Part shown: piece after piece, positions 52,990-62,621 of the stretch
Layout: the number at the start of each line of letters is the position of its first letter
Numbering within the stretch: position 1 is the stretch's first letter
Source: Patescibacteria group bacterium
GTDB taxonomy: Bacteria > Patescibacteriota > Patescibacteriia > Patescibacteriales > UBA12465
Reading direction: 5' to 3'
NCBI GenBank assembly: GCA_050949505.1
Contig: JBMNFV010000001.1
Coordinates: 573,644 to 637,643 of the forward strand
DNA: 64,000 nucleotides
Position numbers and translations under genes: made by a program
The notes under the pieces: model-generated
What the model saw: the letters and a program-made list of their open reading frames with translations, nothing else
Database searches by the model: none
Told to the model about the DNA's origin: nothing

Positions 52990-54435
52990 TTATTTTAAGA
53001 GATCAGCCACTAGTAGCAACTCTTCTTCTTGCCAAGGAGGAGCAATTAACTGAGCCCCTATGGGCAAACTGGTTCCCGCTTGACTCACTAACTCACCCGC
53101 GGGAATTGAAATAGCCGGCAAGCCGGCCAGTGAAGCGCCTGTTACAAAGATATCCTCTAAATACATCGCTAACGGGTCATTGACCTGTTCACCTAGCTTA
53201 AAAGCCGGATGAGGAGTAGTGGGGGTAAGGAGCAAGTCAACTGATTTAAAAGCTTCCTCAAAATCTCTAATAATTAAAGTTCTAGCGGTTTGCGCCTTTT
53301 TGTAATATTCATCATAATAGCCGGCACTAAGCGCATAGGTGCCGATCATTAACCGCCTCTTTACCTCTGAGCCAAAGCCTTGGCCTCGGTTCTTTCTATA
53401 AAAATCCTTAAGATTTTCTACCTCTGGATGAGCGAGTCCCCAAGCAACCCCATCAAAACGAGCTAGATTGGAGCTTATTTCCGCGGGAGTGATGATGTAG
53501 TAGATTGCCACCCCATACTCTGTATGTGGCAAGCTAACTTCCTGTAAGGTGGCCCCTAAGGCCTCTAGCTTGCTAGCTACTGCTCGCACTCGCTCAGCCA
53601 CCAAGGGGTCAAGGTCTTGACTAAAGTATTCTCGCGGCAAGCCCACTTTAAGGCCCGCTAAGCTCTGCTCTTGCCCTGATTCTAGCTTAGCTTCATAGTG
53701 CTTAACCATCTCCGGAGAACTGCTAGCATCTAGTCGATCTACCCCCGCAATAGTCTTTAAAACCAAGGCACTATCATAGGCGCTCTTGGCTAAAATGGCA
53801 ACCGTGTCAGTAGATGAGGTCATAGATAGCAAGCCAAAGCGAGAAATACGTCCATAACTTGGCTTAAGGCCATACTGCCCACAAAAAGAAGCTGGCTGCC
53901 TAACTGAGCCGCCGGTATCTGAGGCTAGGGCAAACAGGCACATCTTAGCTGCTACCGCAGCAGCTGAGCCCCCCGAAGAACCCCCAGGCACCCGACTTAA
54001 GTCATGGGGATTTTTAGTCGGACCAAAGGCTGAGCTTTCCGTTGAAGCTCCGTGAGCAAATTCATCTAAGTTAGTCTTACCTAAAAGAATTGCTCCCGCT
54101 TCCTTAAGCTTTTTTACCACGGTTGCATCATAGGGAGCCAAGTAGTTAGCTAACATCTTAGAGCCCGCCGTAGTCTTTACTCCCTTGGTCATTAAATTGT
54201 CTTTACATAAATAGGGGATTCCTAATAATCCACCGCGCTCACCTGCGGCTAATCGTTGGTCAGCCGCCTTAGCTTGCTCTAGAGCTAAGTCCTCACAAAC
54301 AGTGATCACTGCATTGATAACTGGATTTTCTTGCTTAATTTGCGCTAAACAGTCCTTAGTTAACTCTAGGGCACTAATCTGACCCGTATCTAATTGCTGT
54401 CTAGCTTGCTTAATGTTTAATTCATTTAATTTCAT
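52990..54435 (-). CDS. gatA: Asp/Glu-tRNA(Asn/Gln) amidotransferase subunit A
   Basis: 481-aa ORF. Amidase signature GGSSGGSAAAVA. Follows gatC with a 4-nt overlap. Confidence 0.9.
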   Translation of the reverse strand: MKLNELNIKQARQQLDTGQISALELTKDCLAQIKQENPVINAVITVCEDLALEQAKAADQRLAAGERGGLLGIPYLCKDNLMTKGVKTTAGSKMLANYLAPYDATVVKKLKEAGAILLGKTNLDEFAHGASTESSAFGPTKNPHDLSRVPGGSSGGSAAAVAAKMCLFALASDTGGSVRQPASFCGQYGLKPSYGRISRFGLLSMTSSTDTVAILAKSAYDSALVLKTIAGVDRLDASSSPEMVKHYEAKLESGQEQSLAGLKVGLPREYFSQDLDPLVAERVRAVASKLEALGATLQEVSLPHTEYGVAIYYIITPAEISSNLARFDGVAWGLAHPEVENLKDFYRKNRGQGFGSEVKRRLMIGTYALSAGYYDEYYKKAQTARTLIIRDFEEAFKSVDLLLTPTTPHPAFKLGEQVNDPLAMYLEDIFVTGASLAGLPAISIPAGELVSQAGTSLPIGAQLIAPPWQEEELLLVADLLK

Positions 54436-54740
54436 AGAACTCGTTTAACCCTAACTTTACCATCTTTAAGATTGCTTAAAGCTAACATTTGTTGAACTTC
54501 AGTTTCGTCCCAGGGAATCACCTCATCATTTCTTAAAACATCCCTTAAATTACTGACCTGACTAGTGGGAGGAACATTATCCAACTTTATCTCTTGTAAC
54601 TTCTCAACGTAAAGCAAAATATCTGTTAGCTGACTAGCAAATTTCTTTTTCTCTTCCGCTTCTAGCTCTAGATTAGCTAGGTCAGCAATGCGTAATAATT
54701 CTGCTGAGCTTAGCGTTTTAGTTTTTTTTCCTATCTTCAT
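54432..54740 (-). CDS. gatC: Asp/Glu-tRNA(Asn/Gln) amidotransferase subunit C
   Basis: 102-aa ORF. GatC-like sequence (IADLANLELEAEEKKKF..DILLYVEKL) and its position upstream of gatA. Confidence 0.85.
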   Translation of the reverse strand: MKIGKKTKTLSSAELLRIADLANLELEAEEKKKFASQLTDILLYVEKLQEIKLDNVPPTSQVSNLRDVLRNDEVIPWDETEVQQMLALSNLKDGKVRVKRVL

Positions 54741-54742
54741 AG

Positions 54743-56947
<2,205 letters not shown>

Positions 56948-56960
56948 TTAATACTGCTAA

Positions 56961-57209
56961 TTACTGAGCCTCAGGAGTGGCTTCGGGAGCCGCTTGGTTC
57001 AAGAAATTAACTACATCATTAAGAGTGTTGGAGTTCTGAACCGTGGCCTGCTGTAATTGAACTAAAGCATTAGTAGCATTATTCATCCGAACACTAAAGT
57101 TCAGAAAGACCATAATTAAAACTCCTGCGATAATTCCCACAACAAAGGGAAAAACGAAATCTTTTTTCATAGGTTTTTTATTAGTTGTTTTTTTAATTAG
57201 CTTATTCAT
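56961..57209 (-). CDS. Small bitopic membrane protein, paralog B
   Basis: 82-aa ORF. One TM helix, then LVQLQQATVQNSNTLNDVVNFLNQ. Paralogous to the upstream 66-aa ORF. Confidence 0.45.
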   Translation of the reverse strand: MNKLIKKTTNKKPMKKDFVFPFVVGIIAGVLIMVFLNFSVRMNNATNALVQLQQATVQNSNTLNDVVNFLNQAAPEATPEAQ

Positions 57210-57402
57210 TGGCTTGGATTTGAAGTGAATTAAGGAACTCTACAATTGCGCTCACTTGAGCTGAATTATTGTAGGTAGTTTGTTGCAACTCTATAATATT
57301 CTTATCTAGTCGTTGCAAAGAAAAAAATGAATAGATAAATAGTGTCGCGACTAAAACACCAGCTACTATCCAAATAATTAAATTAACAGCTGACTTATTC
57401 AT
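57202..57402 (-). CDS. Small bitopic membrane protein, paralog A
   Basis: 66-aa ORF. One TM helix, then IIELQQTTYNNSAQVSAIVEFLNS. 8-nt overlap with paralog B. Confidence 0.45.
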   Translation of the reverse strand: MNKSAVNLIIWIVAGVLVATLFIYSFFSLQRLDKNIIELQQTTYNNSAQVSAIVEFLNSLQIQANE

Positions 57403-57485
57403 AAGATTTAATAACTAACTTTTATTTATTAAATGTTTAACTAAGGCTAATTATAGCAATATTAGAAACTAGGGTCAATAATTCT

Positions 57486-60203
57486 CTACTTAGACTTATT
57501 CTTAATCTCTAAAATGCTTAGTCTAGCCTCTAAATTATTAATTATTTTCTGCTGTTCCTTCACAGCTTCTATTAAAGGCGCCACTAAGTTACCATACTGT
57601 ACCCCCTTCTCATCGTCACCAGAGACTAACTCAGGGAAAATCTTTTCTACTTCTTGAGCAATGAGACCAACACTAGGCTTCCCATTCTCTTTCCAGGTGA
57701 AGTTAACTCCTCGCAAAGCCAAGACCTTATCCAAGGCTCCACTGATCGTCCGAACATCTTTCTTTAACCTAATATCCGAATTATAAACGAATCCTAAAGA
57801 CCTCGCCTGACCATTGATGTCTAGCTTGTACTGAGGACTGTTAGTCCCAATACCAACTCTCCCTGTTCCATTGCCATCAGACCTTGTAATCATAAACTCT
57901 GGAATACTGGGAAAGGTGCCTCCTGATGTATCCTTTATAGAAAAGGCGTCTACTGCATAAGTATTGCCACTCTCTATTCTCCAACGTCTATAATTCCCAC
58001 TAGTTTGATGTATAAGCGTTATGTCTGCTGGCCCACTAGTATTATTTATCTCTAGCTTAGCCCCAGGATTAGTAGTACCAATACCAACTCGCCCACTATT
58101 ATTTTCAACTAATACTTTCCTCCAAGTTCCCCAAGTAGTTGCTCCGGTTGAAAGCCTAGTCCATAAGTTGCCATTACTAGTATAAGATAGTTGCATCACT
58201 GGTCCTCCAGAAAAGTCTGTAGTGTTACCATAGCTCTTCCAAGTCATCACCCCATTGTAGCTTCCTCCATCATATAGTCCATTAGTGCCATTTGATTTAA
58301 AATCAAATTTAACAACCGCAGGATAAGCATTAGGGCTATCATTAACACTTCTGGTATCTCTCGATCTTAAAAAGATAGCCGCGTCTACCTCATCTACTGC
58401 TCCGCAATATATTCTACCCGTAGAATCCGTTTTCAAAGCGCTCCCTGATGCGGTGCAAGTCAAATTAGTCCTTATAGTCCCTACTACATGCAACTTATCA
58501 AGAGGATTAGTAGTACCAATACCGACATTGCCATTATCCAATATTCTCATTCTTTCTTGGACATTACTACCTCCTGTTCTAAATATCATATCTCCTGCCC
58601 CTCCACTTCTTCTTATTCCTCCTATCTCTGGACCATAGCCAACGCTAGTGCTAGTCCTAAACTTAATAGTCGCTCCTCCATTTTCATTAGTGGTGTCAGC
58701 TGCAGTTACTCCCATTAATTCTATATAAGGACGAACTGTTCCTGGCGTTCCTTGACTGGCTATTCTTAATATTGAAGTTGAAGTTGGTCCACTAAAAACA
58801 GACCCTCCTAATAAGACTGGACCACCAACAACATTTAATTTATTAATGCCTGGATTACTCGTTCCTATTCCCACATTACCATTACTCGCTAAAATAGTCA
58901 TCCTTTCTATATTATTAGTCTTTATTCCTATATCATAGTTATTACTAGACCCAAACATTCCTTTACCGCCGCCAGTTATATTATTCCCTCCCACATACCA
59001 AGGAGAAGCAGGAGTGGTGGGTGCTAATGCATTAGCTATGCCATCTACATAACTTTTAGTAACTGCACTACTAGAAGTTAATGGAGTATCTACATGTACT
59101 TGTCCCTTAAGATAAGTATTGGTTATGTTGTCATTTCCTAAAACTACAGTACTTGAGCCTTTGCCTATAGCATTATAGCCAATCACAATTTCATTATTAG
59201 TTCCATCTGCCGAGGCTTTAGAATTAGCCCCTATATACACTCCATAATTACCAGTTGTTCTAGTCGCTTTGTTATCTGCCAACCTACTGCCTGCATGCAA
59301 GCCTATTCCCACATTTCCCGTTCCTGAAGTTTGATAATATAGAGAATAGACTCCTACTCCTGTATTAGAATTACCTGTTTTATGACTAACTAAAGCACCA
59401 TGACCAAGTGCTGAATTATCATTTCCATCTATATTATTACCCAACGAAGACCCTCCAATGGCAACGTTTTGATAGCCTGTTTCATTACTGCGCAAAGCAA
59501 CATTTCCAAAAGCTAGATTTTTAAAACCCGAGGTAGTAGATGCTAACGCCTCGCTTCCAATTGCTGTATTTAGATATCCAGTGGTCAACTTAGTCAATGC
59601 TAAGTATCCCATTGCTGTATTGAATCTTCCTTCAGTTATTGAGGTTAAAGTATTGGCACCAACAGCTATATTGTATGATCCGTGAGCACTACTACTACCT
59701 CTCATGGTAAAATTACCTGAATTCATGCCTATAAAGACATTGTAACCATCACGTCCTGCTGGTTTAAAATCATGAATAAAGGGAATGCCATCTTTATAAA
59801 TCACTCCCGTAGTAGTGCTAGTAGTCACTGGTAAACGAAGACTACCAGTTAACTGTAATTGCTGTTGAGGATTGGTGGTGCCGATACCCACTCTAGTCCC
59901 ATTATCATATAACACTCCTGTGCCCAGAGTACTAGCTCCAGTCCAGCGAGCGGTATAATTAGCGATCCCTGTGCCTCCTGTTCCTCCTGCGCTACCACAC
60001 TCTAAGAATCCTCCATTTCCCACAATAATCACCTCGCCTTCATCACAATCTAAGTTATCTACTCTTAGTCTAGTTGATATAAAAACATCCTTGGTGTCGC
60101 CAATCTCAATCTCCAGTGCTTGCGTTTGACTGGTTGCTAAAACTACGCCACCAATAATTATTGCTAGCGCTAATAATGAATTAATAAAGGTTGATTTTTT
60201 CAT
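57486..60203 (-). CDS. Secreted tail-fibre-like surface protein with a C-terminal S74-type intramolecular chaperone domain
   Basis: 905-aa ORF. Signal peptide (ATSQTQA-LE), ~14-aa-period NxAxGxxAL head-like repeats (aa ~175-350), five G(N/R)VGIGTxxP modules, TKSYVDG motif and a C-terminal 97 aa beginning SDIRLKKDV..LRGVNFTWK..GLIAQEVEKIFPELV (57489-57779). Confidence 0.7.
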   Translation of the reverse strand: MKKSTFINSLLALAIIIGGVVLATSQTQALEIEIGDTKDVFISTRLRVDNLDCDEGEVIIVGNGGFLECGSAGGTGGTGIANYTARWTGASTLGTGVLYDNGTRVGIGTTNPQQQLQLTGSLRLPVTTSTTTGVIYKDGIPFIHDFKPAGRDGYNVFIGMNSGNFTMRGSSSAHGSYNIAVGANTLTSITEGRFNTAMGYLALTKLTTGYLNTAIGSEALASTTSGFKNLAFGNVALRSNETGYQNVAIGGSSLGNNIDGNDNSALGHGALVSHKTGNSNTGVGVYSLYYQTSGTGNVGIGLHAGSRLADNKATRTTGNYGVYIGANSKASADGTNNEIVIGYNAIGKGSSTVVLGNDNITNTYLKGQVHVDTPLTSSSAVTKSYVDGIANALAPTTPASPWYVGGNNITGGGKGMFGSSNNYDIGIKTNNIERMTILASNGNVGIGTSNPGINKLNVVGGPVLLGGSVFSGPTSTSILRIASQGTPGTVRPYIELMGVTAADTTNENGGATIKFRTSTSVGYGPEIGGIRRSGGAGDMIFRTGGSNVQERMRILDNGNVGIGTTNPLDKLHVVGTIRTNLTCTASGSALKTDSTGRIYCGAVDEVDAAIFLRSRDTRSVNDSPNAYPAVVKFDFKSNGTNGLYDGGSYNGVMTWKSYGNTTDFSGGPVMQLSYTSNGNLWTRLSTGATTWGTWRKVLVENNSGRVGIGTTNPGAKLEINNTSGPADITLIHQTSGNYRRWRIESGNTYAVDAFSIKDTSGGTFPSIPEFMITRSDGNGTGRVGIGTNSPQYKLDINGQARSLGFVYNSDIRLKKDVRTISGALDKVLALRGVNFTWKENGKPSVGLIAQEVEKIFPELVSGDDEKGVQYGNLVAPLIEAVKEQQKIINNLEARLSILEIKNKSK

Positions 60204-60273
60204 AATGAAACAATCAATTGATAATAATTAATCTAACATGGCTATTATACCATTTTTTTAAACTCCTGCCTAG

Positions 60274-61809
60274 CTAATCAACCGCTTGATAATAGATGAC
60301 CCCTATTCTCTTTAACCAAGGAGAATAGTTAGCCGAACCAGTTATAAAGTTAATTTTAAAAATAAGTTGCTCACCTTGTGGCTCTAGGTCTACTCGCCAA
60401 TTAGTTAGCTTCTGCCAAGATTGGCTATCGGTAGAATAGAGAACTTGATAAGCATTCTCTGGGGCTTGAAGTTGAGTATTAAATTGAAAATTTAACAATT
60501 TCTTTCCCACAAAAGAATTAAAATTATTACTCTGATAAACTTTACTAGATTGATTATCAAAGCCTAGGTCTTGGAAGCGATATAGCTCCTGCTCACTAGC
60601 AATCATTAGCACCCCGGGAGACTCTAAGGAGCAATAGGTGGCGCCGGTTGGTAAAATATAACTTAAATCTATAGAGCCTTGTATTTGCTTAGTACCATTT
60701 TGCCATAACTTAACTAGCTTAGGCTTCTTAGGATCATTACTACATAAATACCAAGTGCTCCCTACCCCAACCCCATCCTTAATTAGTCTTCCCGGGAAAC
60801 CTCCTTTCATCACCCTTAGCCCCAAATTATCAGAAACATCTTGCCAGACTCCTTGCTGATACAATAATGCCAAAGATTCATAGCCAGTATAGATAATAAG
60901 AAAATTATCATCCTCTCCGGCAGCGGTCACTGTCCCAAGAGGACGACTGTAGGTAGTTTTAGACTTTAAGGCTTCACTTTTAATAACTATTTCTAAAAAC
61001 TTACCTTGACTAAAGAAATAGGGGAGGAGTCGCTCCTCCTCTCCTTCAGCAACGATAAACACTACTAACCATTTACTAGTTAACGGAGTGACTGATAGGT
61101 TTCTAATCTCCTCCGTCATTAACTCTGAGGGTAAAGCTACTAAGCGATTATTATAAATTAACTGGCCTTCGCTCACTCGGAGACAATTTTCCGCTAAACA
61201 AGTTTCCGATTCTACTTGATCTAGCCCACAATAGGGGGTAAAGCAATCTCCCACTTGATTAAGACTATAAAGTGGCGGAAAGCTTAGAGCAGAGACTAGG
61301 CCATCATAATACAAATTAGTGATAGTTTGGTCATAAAATAACCGATTAGAAAAATTATCTACCGCAATATTATTATAGACCTTGCCACTATAGCTAGGTG
61401 GAGTGCCGGAGAGAGTTTCTGGATCTAAGACTTTAGCCTCATAGTCTATCTCCGGAGGAATGAATTGATATTCCTCACCACTCACTATCTCTACCTCTGG
61501 TCTCTCAGCTGACTCTGGAGCTTTAGATAAAGTAACTGACTGACTATTAGTCTCACTGTTGGTGGCCAAAGAAATTACCTTGCCCTGAGCATTGACCACT
61601 AAAGGAGAGTTCTTTATCATTCCTATCTCTTCACCCCTCTCTTTTAATACTTCTTGGATAATATAATCAGTTTGCTGTCGTAGCTTTATAGTGCTAATCA
61701 GATTAACTATCGTTAGCGTGCTGATAAATAGTAATAATACTCCGAGAACTATAATATAGAGGTCAACCGTTAGCTGCCTATTCTTTTTTGTCACTTTAGC
61801 TTTAGTCAT
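60274..61809 (-). CDS. Membrane-anchored extracytoplasmic protein, unknown family
   Basis: 511-aa ORF. N-terminal TM helix and a large Cys-containing ectodomain. No motif I can name. Confidence 0.5.
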   Translation of the reverse strand: MTKAKVTKKNRQLTVDLYIIVLGVLLLFISTLTIVNLISTIKLRQQTDYIIQEVLKERGEEIGMIKNSPLVVNAQGKVISLATNSETNSQSVTLSKAPESAERPEVEIVSGEEYQFIPPEIDYEAKVLDPETLSGTPPSYSGKVYNNIAVDNFSNRLFYDQTITNLYYDGLVSALSFPPLYSLNQVGDCFTPYCGLDQVESETCLAENCLRVSEGQLIYNNRLVALPSELMTEEIRNLSVTPLTSKWLVVFIVAEGEEERLLPYFFSQGKFLEIVIKSEALKSKTTYSRPLGTVTAAGEDDNFLIIYTGYESLALLYQQGVWQDVSDNLGLRVMKGGFPGRLIKDGVGVGSTWYLCSNDPKKPKLVKLWQNGTKQIQGSIDLSYILPTGATYCSLESPGVLMIASEQELYRFQDLGFDNQSSKVYQSNNFNSFVGKKLLNFQFNTQLQAPENAYQVLYSTDSQSWQKLTNWRVDLEPQGEQLIFKINFITGSANYSPWLKRIGVIYYQAVD

Positions 61810-61816
61810 AATTAGT

Positions 61817-61846
61817 AAAAAGGGCGCGGCCTCTTGGCGGCGCCCC
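61817..61846 (-). terminator. GC-rich rho-independent terminator after the cupredoxin gene
   Basis: Minus strand: GGGCGC-CGCCAAGAGGCC-GCGCCC followed by T5. Ends 8 nt before the next ATG. Confidence 0.55.
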
Positions 61847-61862
61847 TTTGGCTTAACTACTA

Positions 61863-62543
61863 TTATTCAACAATCATGCTGCCAATTTCCCCCCGACCTG
61901 AGTGTCCGGGAACATCACAGCGGAAAGAATATTCTCCCTTCTCGCTAGGAGCATTAAAGGTAATCGCCCGAGTCTCATTAGGGCCAACCCCAATTGCCAC
62001 CGCCATTAACTGTGGGTCATCAAACATAAACACGTGGGTAATGTTATCCACTGAGGAAATAGCCATAGTCACTGGCGCTCCCGCCTTAACGGTAAAGGAA
62101 CTAGGAGAGAATCCTGAAGCACTGGCCTCAACTTTAATCACTGAACCTGGCAACTCATCTCTACTTATTGGCCCAGTCTGCTGAGGAGCCTCAGGGGACA
62201 TTGGGACCACATCATTCTTGGTGGCCTCACCAGTTAAGGTAACTACAGTATTTTCAATAATCGGATTAGCTCCATCTATCTCTACCCGAGAACCTTCAGG
62301 GATTAATTGCCCTGACTCCGTCTCAGTCATTTCCATTGGTTCAAAGTCTTCTAAGCCCTCTGGACCTACGACTTCTTCAGTCTCAGTCTCCGTACCGCCA
62401 GGAACTTGAGAAGAAGTTTCCTCTGACTTGTTAACAACTAGAGCAATCACTACTAAGATAACAATGATCGCTATTCCTAAAATTAGCAAGATTTTGCTAT
62501 TAGGTTTTTTGGCATTATTAGCCATCTTTTCTTCATTTTCCAT
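61863..62543 (-). CDS. Membrane-anchored cupredoxin (type-1 copper-site-like) protein
   Basis: 226-aa ORF. TM helix, acidic Thr/Glu-rich linker and a C-terminal cupredoxin fold with ligand-like pattern H (NITHVF) ..C-x2-PGH-x9-M (FRCDVPGHSGRGEIGSM). Confidence 0.6.
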   Translation of the reverse strand: MENEEKMANNAKKPNSKILLILGIAIIVILVVIALVVNKSEETSSQVPGGTETETEEVVGPEGLEDFEPMEMTETESGQLIPEGSRVEIDGANPIIENTVVTLTGEATKNDVVPMSPEAPQQTGPISRDELPGSVIKVEASASGFSPSSFTVKAGAPVTMAISSVDNITHVFMFDDPQLMAVAIGVGPNETRAITFNAPSEKGEYSFRCDVPGHSGRGEIGSMIVE

Positions 62544-62621
62544 AATATTTAGGGATAAATCTAGCTATTCTAAGAAATAGACTATCTTTATCTTAATTAT
62601 TAATTAGTTTAAAATTATTGC

